Assembly: GCA_963801725.1 (NCBI GenBank)
Contig: CAWDFX010000002.1
Coordinates: 1,507,231-1,539,230, forward strand
Reading direction: 5' to 3'
Length of the DNA: 32,000 bases
Source: an uncultured Nitrospiraceae bacterium
GTDB lineage: Bacteria > Nitrospirota > Nitrospiria > Nitrospirales > Nitrospiraceae
The notes beneath the pieces were generated by a model that saw nothing but the letters and a program-made list of their open reading frames with translations, ran no database searches and had not been told where the DNA came from. The position numbers were made by a program, and so were the translations under genes. Below, one piece after another: positions 24,721 to 32,000 of this stretch (positions are counted from its first letter, which is position 1; each line of letters starts with the position of its first letter).

Positions 24721-25317
24721 CTAGTTTCCCGTCCGGCGGACTGCCCACCAATTCCGCACCCACTTCGATCGTACGAGCTTGTACACGAGCCACGCCGCGA
24801 GCAGCACGCCGAACAATGGGATGCCCACGGAGCGCAGCAGCTTCTGATAATCGGTCATGTGTACCCGCAAGAGATACTGCGGGCGCCGCATCAGATTCTG
24901 CTTCTCTGCCGCAATGGTGACCGTATACAGACCCTCGTCCAGCCGGACTTCTCCCCGGAGCACTCCGTCCGGGTGGGTGCTCGGACGAATATCGGCTACA
25001 ATCTGATCTTCTGCCTCATTGCCCCCGTTTCCCTTCACGACTCGCATCCCGACCGGCTCGTTGCGTAGCGACGGGTCCACGAGGTCTACGACGAGAAAGG
25101 TGTCGCCTTCTTTGGGAATGTCTGTGCAGTATTGATCTTTCAACTCGTATTGCGGCTGATAGGCGCTGAAGTGCACCACGCGTTCACCGACTCTGCGCAA
25201 ACACGGATCGTCTTCTCCACTGGTTGCCCCATGTGCGGCAGCTAGGCTGGGCAGGTATAGTGCAGCACCAAGAAGCACGAGCACGATTGCGCCTGTCCGT
25301 GTCACCTGTCTCTTCAT
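24721..25317 (-). CDS. AmoD/AmoE (PmoD)-like exported protein with a C-terminal TM anchor, paralog 3 (most divergent)
   Basis: MKRQVTRTGAIVLVLLGAALYLPSLAAA|HGA..., PCLRRVGERVVHFSAYQP...QYCTDIPKEGDTFLVVDL, with a C-terminal TM (IPLFGVLLAAWLVYKLV). AGGAGAG lies 8 nt upstream of ATG 25317. Confidence 0.6.
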   Translation of the reverse strand: MKRQVTRTGAIVLVLLGAALYLPSLAAAHGATSGEDDPCLRRVGERVVHFSAYQPQYELKDQYCTDIPKEGDTFLVVDLVDPSLRNEPVGMRVVKGNGGNEAEDQIVADIRPSTHPDGVLRGEVRLDEGLYTVTIAAEKQNLMRRPQYLLRVHMTDYQKLLRSVGIPLFGVLLAAWLVYKLVRSKWVRNWWAVRRTGN

Positions 25318-26248
25318 AGGTCGAACTCTCCTGTGTGGGACTCTGCGCGGAGGCGCAGCTCATTCCGCCCACCGTGACGGCGTTCCATGCGGCTCAGCGA
25401 TCCCAGTGCATAGTTGCGCGACTGGCCACATATCGTATCAAGTGGTATTACCATGATGCCATTAAAGCAGGGCAAGATTCTAGCCCCCCTCGCGAGGTAT
25501 GCAAAAACCTCGAAATTGTTTTTCTGTTGGGTTCGACCGGAGCACCGGCTGTCCGATTTGAACCATCTTCGATTGAAGGCATAAATAAGGGCAGGCACTG
25601 CGCACCTATTTCTCGAAGCTTTCCCGCGTGGATATCCGGAGCCAAGAACCGGGCATTGTTTTCCCATCCGTAAGGTTGGTAGGGGAATGCCGTGATAGAA
25701 AACAGTGGTGGAGTTTAGATGATACACAAACCACACGATTCCTCGATAATGGGTACATGTTACATGCATCTACGTACCAAGAGAAGGGCTGCTAGGGGCA
25801 CGCCTTTCCGCCGTTGCATTCGCGACCAACGGCTTTCCTCTTGCTTGTGTGGCAGGATTTGGTTGCTGGTGGGGGATCTGGTCTTGTTCCTCTTGGATGT
25901 GATGGCCCAGCGGAGAGTACAACGAATGAATTTCTGGTGCCGAGAGTTCGATCAGTGGGTTTGAGCAACAGGCTTGGAGGTACGGTCATATCGTACCCGC
26001 GCAATCCATCTTTGACTTGCCGATGTCTGATGGGCGACAATTGCAAATCCATTGTGCGTTCCCTTTTCATGAGGCCGCAAATTGCCGCATGGTGACGTCG
26101 ACTTTGCGGAGGGAATACCGATTCAGATACGGGTGTCTTGTATGAGACGCCAGACGGTATCGAGAAGGCGTTCGCGAACAGCAAGACCTTTAAAAGCTCA
26201 ACGCTGCGGCAATTCTTATTCTTCAGTTCCCGTGGGATTTCTCGAAAT

Positions 26249-26869
26249 ATGTTCCAAATCGTCGCACTGAGCGGCAGCCGGGGAGAGCGGTTGCTGTTTT
26301 CCGATATCAGCGTGACGGTCACGCCAGGAACTCTGTTGGCTGTGGTCGGTGAGAACGGCAGCGGGAAAACCAGCTTCCTTCGCATGCTGTGCGGGTTGTT
26401 GTCGCCTGATAACGGCACGATTCTTTGGCAGGGGAAAGACATTCGCCAGCTTAAGGAACTCTATCGTGCCCAGTTTACTTACGTGGGGCATCTCAACGGA
26501 ATCAAGGATGAGCTGACTCCAGTTGAAAACCTTACGGTCTCTGCCTGCCTGGCGGGCGATGAAAGTGCGAGTGGAGTTGTGCAGAAGGCGTTGGAGGCAG
26601 TCGGTCTTGGGCGACCGATCCATCGTCTGCCGACGCGCGTACTCTCGCAAGGACAAAAGCGCCGCGTGGCTCTGGCGCGTCTCTGGCTTTCCACTCGTCC
26701 GTTATGGCTCTTGGATGAACCATTTGCATCACTCGATGTTACAGCCACAAGTTACTTGACCCGGCACCTTCAGTCCCACCTGAGTCATGGTGGCATGGTG
26801 GTCGTCGCCACGCACCAGGAGATCGATCTTCCATCTGATTGCATTCAGCACCTGAGGCTGACTCGATGA
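26249..26869 (+). CDS. ccmA: Heme exporter ATP-binding protein CcmA
   Basis: Walker A GENGSGKT, ABC signature LSQGQKRR, Walker B LWLLDEP. The likely start is ATG 26249 (MFQIVALSG...). The stop overlaps the ccmB start (ATGA). Confidence 0.9.
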   Translation: MFQIVALSGSRGERLLFSDISVTVTPGTLLAVVGENGSGKTSFLRMLCGLLSPDNGTILWQGKDIRQLKELYRAQFTYVGHLNGIKDELTPVENLTVSACLAGDESASGVVQKALEAVGLGRPIHRLPTRVLSQGQKRRVALARLWLSTRPLWLLDEPFASLDVTATSYLTRHLQSHLSHGGMVVVATHQEIDLPSDCIQHLRLTR

Positions 26870-27549
26870 GTCAGCCCAGTCTGAGTGAGGCATTACACGG
26901 CGTTGTCCGACGGGACCTCCTGTTGGCTATGCGGCACCGCTCGGATGTGGCGATGTCGGTGTTCTTTGTCGTCATCGTCGCGAGCCTCTTTCCGTTGGGG
27001 GTTGGGCCGGAGCCGGCGGTTCTGAGGATGATCGCCTCCGGTGTGCTCTGGGTTACGGCCTTGCTTGCGTGTCTGTTGTCGTTGGGGCGCTTGTTCACTG
27101 CGGATTATCTTGATGGTGTGTTAGAACAGACGCTCTTGATCCCTCAACCGCTGGCTGTCTTGGTCGTTGGCAAGGTGTTCTCGCACTGGGTCATCTCTGG
27201 CTTGCCAGTGGTTCTGCTCTCGCCTCTCCTCGGCCTGCAATTCGGCTTGAGTGGAGAGTCGCTCTGGGTGTTGACGTTATCGCTCTTGCTTGGTACGCCG
27301 ACGTTGAGTATGATTGGAGCCATTGGAGCTGCATTAACTCTTGGATTGCGTGGGAGTGGCTTGCTGGTTGCCCTCCTGGTGCTTCCACTTTTTATTCCGG
27401 TGCTGATCTTTGGGGCCGGCGCCGTTACGAATAGTTTGGCCGGAATCGGAAGCGAAGCGAATCTGTCGCTGCTTGGAGCCTGCTTCCTGTTCTCGCTCAC
27501 ATTTGCGCCATGGGCCACGGCTGTTGCATTGCGCATTGCATTGGAATAA
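26866..27549 (+). CDS. ccmB: Heme exporter membrane protein CcmB
   Basis: Polytopic membrane protein of about 227 aa with typical CcmB sequence (FFVVIVASLFPLGVGPEP..., DYLDGVLEQTLL). Sits in the ccmA-B-C order. Confidence 0.9.
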   Translation: MSQPSLSEALHGVVRRDLLLAMRHRSDVAMSVFFVVIVASLFPLGVGPEPAVLRMIASGVLWVTALLACLLSLGRLFTADYLDGVLEQTLLIPQPLAVLVVGKVFSHWVISGLPVVLLSPLLGLQFGLSGESLWVLTLSLLLGTPTLSMIGAIGAALTLGLRGSGLLVALLVLPLFIPVLIFGAGAVTNSLAGIGSEANLSLLGACFLFSLTFAPWATAVALRIALE

Positions 27550-27558
27550 GACATCGTT

Positions 27559-28476
27559 ATGAGCGCCACAGGCATTAACTGGTTTAAATATTCATCACCA
27601 CAGGCCTTTCACCCGTTAGCCGGGCGGATGATTCCGTGGTTTGCTGCCGCTGCTGCGGGATTGATCGTGGTCGGGCTGTACGTGGGGTTTTTCGTCGCGC
27701 CGACCGATGCGACGCAAGGCGATGCCTACCGCATTATCTTTGTTCATGTACCGGCTGCCTGGATGTCCATGTTTCTCTACGTCATCATGGCGATCTGGGC
27801 AGGTCTTGGATTAGGGCTCAATGCGCGTCCTTCTTTTATGATGGCGCAGGCCATCGCTCCCACCGGAGCGATGTTTACGTTCCTCGCCCTGTTCACCGGA
27901 TCGATGTGGGGCAAACCGACCTGGGGGGCATGGTGGGTGTGGGATGCCCGGCTGACGTCGGAACTGATTTTGTTGTTTCAATACATCGGGATCATCTTGT
28001 TGCGCTCGTCGATCGACGACCTGCGTCGCGCCGATCGTGCCAGTGCCGTCTTGGCGCTCGTGGGGGTGGTCAATGTTCCAATCATCTATTTTTCTGTGAA
28101 GTGGTGGAACACGCTGCATCAAGGGGCTTCTGTCAGCATCACCGCGGCGCCGACAATGGCGGGCACCATGGTGACGGCGATGTTGGTGATGATGGTCGGC
28201 TTCTGGATGTACAGCATCGCGGTGACGCTAGCCCGCGTGCGCTGTGTGATTGTTGAGCGAGAGCGACAGCCGTCGTGGGGCAAGTCTGGCCTCGTTACCG
28301 GATGTCGCGGAGGCGCGCTGATGCAGTGGGGGAGTCTGGCGGAGTTTTTCGCGATGGGTGGGTACGGCCTCTATGTGTGGGCCTCGTTCGGCGCCACGGC
28401 TCTGTGCATGAGTGGGGAGGTCCTCGCGGTATGGCGGCGGTCTGCAGCAGCGGCTGAGAGCCACGATGAGTTGTAG
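27559..28476 (+). CDS. ccmC: Heme lyase/exporter subunit CcmC, with the CcmD sequence in-frame at its C-terminus as sequenced
   Basis: Trp-rich motif WGKPTWGAWWVWDARLTSE plus conserved His residues. The ORF is about 50 aa longer than a usual CcmC because the CcmD-like sequence follows with no stop. Confidence 0.9.
   Translation: MSATGINWFKYSSPQAFHPLAGRMIPWFAAAAAGLIVVGLYVGFFVAPTDATQGDAYRIIFVHVPAAWMSMFLYVIMAIWAGLGLGLNARPSFMMAQAIAPTGAMFTFLALFTGSMWGKPTWGAWWVWDARLTSELILLFQYIGIILLRSSIDDLRRADRASAVLALVGVVNVPIIYFSVKWWNTLHQGASVSITAAPTMAGTMVTAMLVMMVGFWMYSIAVTLARVRCVIVERERQPSWGKSGLVTGCRGGALMQWGSLAEFFAMGGYGLYVWASFGATALCMSGEVLAVWRRSAAAAESHDEL
28321..28476 (+). CDS. ccmD: CcmD (small heme-export membrane protein), probably a separate gene
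   Basis: MQWGSLAEFFAMGGYGLYVWASFGATALCMSGEVLAVWRR is a typical CcmD. In the neighbouring frame a TGA at 28319-28321 overlaps this ATG (cTGATGc), the usual ccmC/ccmD junction. A 1-nt slip at the G4 run 28277-28280 would restore it. Confidence 0.6.
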   Translation: MQWGSLAEFFAMGGYGLYVWASFGATALCMSGEVLAVWRRSAAAAESHDEL

Positions 28477-28491
28477 GAGGAAGCGAAGACG

Positions 28492-28959
28492 ATGAAGCCT
28501 CGACAGAAACGGTTTGTCCTTATCGGCCTAGGATTGGTCGCATTGGCGGTGGCGGCAGCGTTAGTGCTGAATGCATTTCAAAGCAACCTGGTGTTCTTTT
28601 ATACGCCGACGCAAGCCGCCAATGGGGATGTGCCCCAAGGGCGAAGCTTCCGTATCGGCGGAATGGTGGAAGCCGGCAGTCTCACGCGCGAAGGCGATGG
28701 GTTAACCGTACATTTTGTCGTGACCGATATGGCAAAGCGGGTGCCCGTGACGTTCAAAGGAATTCTACCGGACCTCTTCAAGGAGGGCAAAGGCGTTGTG
28801 GCTCAGGGGCAACTCGGAGCCAATGGAGCCTTTCTCGCGAGTGAAGTGCTGGCGAAGCACGATGAAAACTATATGCCACCGGAAGCCGCGGATGCGCTCG
28901 CCAAAGCCAAGACGGTAGGGGCGCAGAGCAGCGGCACCCTGGTCGTCAATCCACGCTAG
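28492..28959 (+). CDS. ccmE: Heme chaperone CcmE
   Basis: N-terminal membrane anchor, an OB-fold region ([11 protein letters not shown]...) and the heme-binding [12 protein letters not shown] motif. AGGAGG lies upstream. Confidence 0.95.
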   Translation: MKPRQKRFVLIGLGLVALAVAAALVLNAFQSNLVFFYTPTQAANGDVPQGRSFRIGGMVEAGSLTREGDGLTVHFVVTDMAKRVPVTFKGILPDLFKEGKGVVAQGQLGANGAFLASEVLAKHDENYMPPEAADALAKAKTVGAQSSGTLVVNPR

Positions 28960-28967
28960 GAGCCGAC

Positions 28968-30961
28968 ATGATTCCAGAAATTGGTCATTATGCCTTAATT
29001 CTCGCGCTCTGCGTGGCGGTCGTACAGGGGAGTCCTGCCTATCTATGGCGCGGCTGTGGGAAATTCCTCGCTGATGGCCGTTGCAAAGCCGGCGGCGCGC
29101 GCGCAATTCCTGCTGGTTCTACTGGCCTTTTGCTGCCTAGGGTATGCCTTTGCTGAGAAAGACTTCTCCGTGCTGTATGTTGCAGCCACGTCGAACTCTC
29201 AGCTCCCATTGCATTATCGTCTTGCCGCTATCTGGGGTGCGCACGAGGGTTCGTTACTGCTCTGGATGTTCATCCTCAGCATCTGGATGGTCGCCGTCTC
29301 TTTCTTCTCCACCCATCTGCCGGAGGCGATGCGCGCGCGCATTTTGGGTGTGATGGGTCTCGTCAGCGTGGGATTTCTTCTGTTCATGTTGACGGTCTCG
29401 AATCCGTTCGAGCGGTTGATTCCTGCCGCGCTTGATGGGCGCGATCTGAATCCGCTGTTGCAAGACCCCGGTATGGTGATCCACCCGCCGATGCTCTATA
29501 TGGGGTACGTGGGATTCTCCGTCGCGTTTTCCTTTGCGATCGCCGCGCTCTTGGGAGGCACGTTGGATGCGGCCTGGGCGCGTTGGTCACGTCCGTGGAC
29601 CACTGTTGCCTGGTGTTTTATGACCGTGGGGGTTGCGATGGGGAGCGGGTGGGCCTATTACGAGCTGGGTGGGGTGGTTGGTGGTTCTGGGACCCGGTCG
29701 AAAACGCCTCCTTCATGCCATGGCTGGCCGGCACCGCGTTGATGCACTCGCTGGCGGTGACCGATAAACGGGGCGGCTTCAAAGCCTGGAGCGTGTTGCT
29801 CGCCATTATGGCCTTCTCGCTCAGTCTGCTCGGAACCTTCTTAGTCCGTTCCGGCGTGTTGACTTCAGTGCATGCGTTTGCCACCGACCCGAAGCGTGGC
29901 TTATTCATTCTCGTGTTCCTGGCCGTGGTGATCGGCGGCTCGTTGGTCTTGTACGCCTGGCGGGCGCCTCGCGTCGGCCTGGGCGGGGGCTTTGCTATGA
30001 TCTCGCGCGAAGGGATGTTGCTGGCGAACAATGTGTTGTTGGTGGCGGCATTGGGCTCGGTGCTCCTGGGCACGCTGTATCCCTTGTTCTTGGACGCGCT
30101 GGATCTTGGAAAAATCTCGGTCGGCCCGCCGTACTTCGACACGGTCTTTCTCCCCCTGATGACCCCCGCAATCTTTTTGATGGGGATCGGGCCGCTGGCC
30201 CAATGGAAGCAGGCAAGCCTGCCGGCCTTGGCCATCCGCCTGCGCTGGGCATTCGGCGTCAGCCTGGTGACCGCCGTGGCGGTGCCGTGGCTCATGGGCC
30301 AATGGACGCCGCTGATCAGTCTGGGGCTCCTGCTGGCCTTCTGGATTCTGGCGACGATCGTGGTGGATCTGCGGGAGCGGCTGCTCCAGGCCGAAGGGGT
30401 GGCAGCATTGGGGGCCGCGTGGCCATGCTGCCTCGTGCCTATTGGGGCATGGTCTTGGCCCACTGCGGTGTGGCCCTATTCATTGTCGGTGTGACCATGG
30501 TGAAGGGCTTCGAAGTGGAGCAAGATGTACGGATGAACGTCGGTGAGACGGCCACGCTCGGCGGCTACACGTTCCGCTTTGACGGGACAGAACAGGTCAA
30601 TGGCCCGAACTATGTTGCGGCGCGGGGGACGTTTCATGTGAGCCAGGATGGCCGTGAGGTGACGGTGATGTATCCCGAAAAGCGCCGCTACTTCGTGCAG
30701 AACCAGACGATGACCGAAGCGGCAATTTCACCGGGGTTGCTGCGCGATCTGTACGTGTCGTTGGGCGAGCCGCTTGAGGGCGGAGCCTGGAGCGTGCGGC
30801 TCTATCACAAACCCTTCATCGATTGGATCTGGGGGGGCTGTTTGGTCATGGCTTCGGGCGGCGTCCTGGCCGTCAGCGATCGGCGCTATCGGCTGGCGTG
30901 GCGGCGGAAAGAGGCTGCGGTGCCGGCCACGACCCAGATGGCGCGCCCGACCGTCTCATGA
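28968..30961 (+). CDS. ccmF: Cytochrome c heme lyase CcmF, spread over three frame switches (four ORF pieces)
   Basis: Joining the pieces gives a colinear CcmF: MIPEIGHYALILALCVAVVQG | VLPIYGAAVGNSSLMAV...WGAHEGSLLLW...LNPLLQDPGMVIHPPMLYMGYVG...WAYYELG | WGGWWFWDPVENASFMPWL...SVHAF... | ...LPRAYWGMVLAHCGVA...YHKPFIDWIWGG. The switches are at G-runs: about 29027-29031, 29667-29669 and 30396-30414. Confidence 0.85.
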
Positions 30962-31572
30962 ACCGGTTTCTCATCCCGTTCGGGCTCTTCATTGTCGTGG
31001 TCGGTTTTCTGGCCGTCGGGCTCACGCTCAACCCGCGTGAATTGCCGTCTCCGTTGGTCGGGAAGGCGGCGCCTGAGTTTTCACTGCCGCAGCTCCATGA
31101 TCCAGGGAAAGTCATTTCGTCGAATGACCTGAAGGGCCAGGTCTGGTTGCTCAACTTCTGGGCGTCGTGGTGCGGGGGCTGTAAAGACGAGCATCCGGTG
31201 CTCGTCCATCTTGCACAATCAGGGGAGGTGCCCATCTATGGCATGGATTATAAGGATCAACGGAACGAGGCCCTGGGGTGGTTGAAGGAATGGGGCAATC
31301 CCTATCAGATCGTTGCCGTGGATGAGCCAGGGCGAGTCGGTATTAATTATGGTGTCTACGGTGTGCCGGAAACCTATGTGATCGATAAGCAGGGCGTCAT
31401 CCGCTACAAGCAAATCGGCCCGCTACGCGAGGATATCTTGGAAACAAAGATTTTTCCCCTGGTCAGGGAGCTTGCAGAACCAATGAGATGGCTCTGGGTG
31501 CTCATGCTGCTCTTTCCCAAGTCTTGCGACGGCGTACGAGGCCCCGCCGCTCGCTGCGAACCCGCAGGCTGA
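30958..31572 (+). CDS. ccmG: Thiol:disulfide oxidoreductase CcmG/DsbE (the ORF as sequenced reads through into the ccmH signal peptide)
   Basis: TM anchor MNRFLIPFGLFIVVVGFLAV, thioredoxin motif WASWCGGC, and GVYGVPETYVIDKQG. ATGA overlap with the ccmF stop. The CcmG-like sequence ends at ...LVRELAEP (about 31482). The remaining ~30 codons are the ccmH N-terminus plus off-frame sequence. Confidence 0.85.
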   Translation: MNRFLIPFGLFIVVVGFLAVGLTLNPRELPSPLVGKAAPEFSLPQLHDPGKVISSNDLKGQVWLLNFWASWCGGCKDEHPVLVHLAQSGEVPIYGMDYKDQRNEALGWLKEWGNPYQIVAVDEPGRVGINYGVYGVPETYVIDKQGVIRYKQIGPLREDILETKIFPLVRELAEPMRWLWVLMLLFPKSCDGVRGPAARCEPAG

Positions 31573-31871
31573 GGCGCGATTGAAAGCGCTCGCCGTCGAG
31601 CTGCGCTGCCTGGTCTGTCAGAATCAGACGTTGGCCGATTCGAACGCGCCGTTGGCCGAAGATTTGCGCCGAGAAGTGCGGGAGATGATCGCCAAAGATA
31701 TGAGCGACCGAGGAGATCATCGACTTTCTCGTCTCGCGATATGGGGACTTTGTGTTATACCGACCGCCCTGGAAGCTCACGACCACGTTGCTCTGGGTGG
31801 GGCCGTTCCTCTTGCTGGGAGCTGGCGCAACAGGATTGGTGTTTGCGCTGCGCGGAGACAGAAGAAGATGA
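31483..31871 (+). CDS. ccmH: Cytochrome c maturation protein CcmH, with two frame switches
   Basis: Signal peptide MRWLWVLMLLFP (frame 1). Then ATAYEAPPLAANPQAEARLKALAVELRCLVCQNQTLADSNAPLAEDLRREVREMIAKDMSD (frame 2, LRCxxCQ motif). Then EEIIDFLVSRYGDFVLYRPPWKLTTTLLWVGPFLLLGAGATGLVFALRGDRRR* (frame 3, stop 31869-31871). The switches are near 31513-31526 and 31708-31710. Confidence 0.8.
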
Positions 31872-31941
31872 CCGATGTGACGTTGTCGGAAGCCGAGCAC
31901 AATCGTGTGACGCAACTACTTTCCGAAGGAGCTCGTCGTCC

Positions 31942-32000
31942 TTGACCATCATATTCTGGTGTATCGTCATCGGGCATGACTCTTCTCATCCTCGGTCTTC
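31942..32000 (+). CDS. Possible start of ccmI (N-terminal TM helix), truncated by the window end
   Basis: TTG 31942 gives (M)TIIFWCIVIG, and ATG 31976 in another frame gives MTLLILGL. Joined at the GGG run 31972-31974, they form a typical CcmI N-terminal helix. Too short to be sure. Confidence 0.3.
   Translation, partial: MTIIFWCIVIGHDSSHPRS

Noticed and set aside
25841-25858. Sigma54-like TGGCAG-N-TTGCT on the plus strand upstream of the ccm operon
   Set aside because: The GG-to-GC spacing is 14 nt instead of the required 12, so it does not fit a -24/-12 promoter.
25314-26442. ORFs 25314..25769 (-), 25335..25673 (+), 25814..26095 (+) and 25792..26442 (-) in the amoD/E-ccm spacer
   Set aside because: Their composition is implausible (Cys/Arg/Trp-rich, no domain-like stretches), they overlap one another, and the last runs antisense into ccmA. 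I treat the region as non-coding and regulatory, and flag it as a finding instead.
29618-30463. 281-aa minus-strand ORF
   Set aside because: It is antisense to ccmF. Its Arg/Pro/Ser/Thr-rich composition has no motifs, whereas the sense frames give colinear CcmF sequence.
1-32000. Scan for rRNA, tRNA, CRISPR arrays and long direct repeats
   Set aside because: I saw no cloverleaf-like or rRNA-like conserved stretches and no regularly spaced repeats. The only repeats seen are the paralogous amoD/E-like genes, the IS inverted repeats and the short tandem at 20799-20822. A tRNAscan, Infernal or CRISPR-finder run would be needed to be definitive.

Overview
The window is a bacterial chromosome segment, roughly 55-60% GC by eye with lower-GC intergenic stretches, and it splits into two parts. 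(1) Positions 1-13.1 kb hold ordinary core genes: a partial lipoprotein, a Pro-rich hypothetical, a small Lrp/AsnC-domain protein, a sigma54-type two-component pair, malQ, a DUF72 gene and a short-type transketolase. These are followed by a small NO-handling cluster of nirK, an exported truncated hemoglobin and a small exported protein. (2) Positions 13.1-32 kb look accessory. Reading left to right: an IS3-family remnant, a periplasmic alpha-carbonic anhydrase, about 1 kb of non-coding spacer, and an intact amoC-amoA-amoB operon on the minus strand with a textbook terminator. Then come a complete but frameshifted IS1595-family element 188 bp upstream of amoC, copC plus a CopD-cytochrome c-thioredoxin-fold fusion, and three tandem AmoD/AmoE (PmoD)-like paralogs. 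A 930-bp divergent non-coding region separates these from a System I cytochrome c maturation operon (ccmABC(D)EFGH and the start of ccmI). The headline is a divergent, apparently functional copper ammonia monooxygenase module set in a genomic background that does not resemble the classical proteobacterial ammonia oxidizers. The layout matches what I know of comammox-type Nitrospira (complete nitrifiers). I cannot confirm taxonomy or phylogeny without a database search. A second theme is at least 9 reading-frame disruptions, nearly all at short homopolymer runs: nirK, ccmC/D, ccmF x3, ccmH x2, probably ccmI, the transposase and the first hypothetical. That pattern points to sequencing or assembly error rather than true decay, but it needs checking. 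I saw no rRNA, tRNA or CRISPR array.
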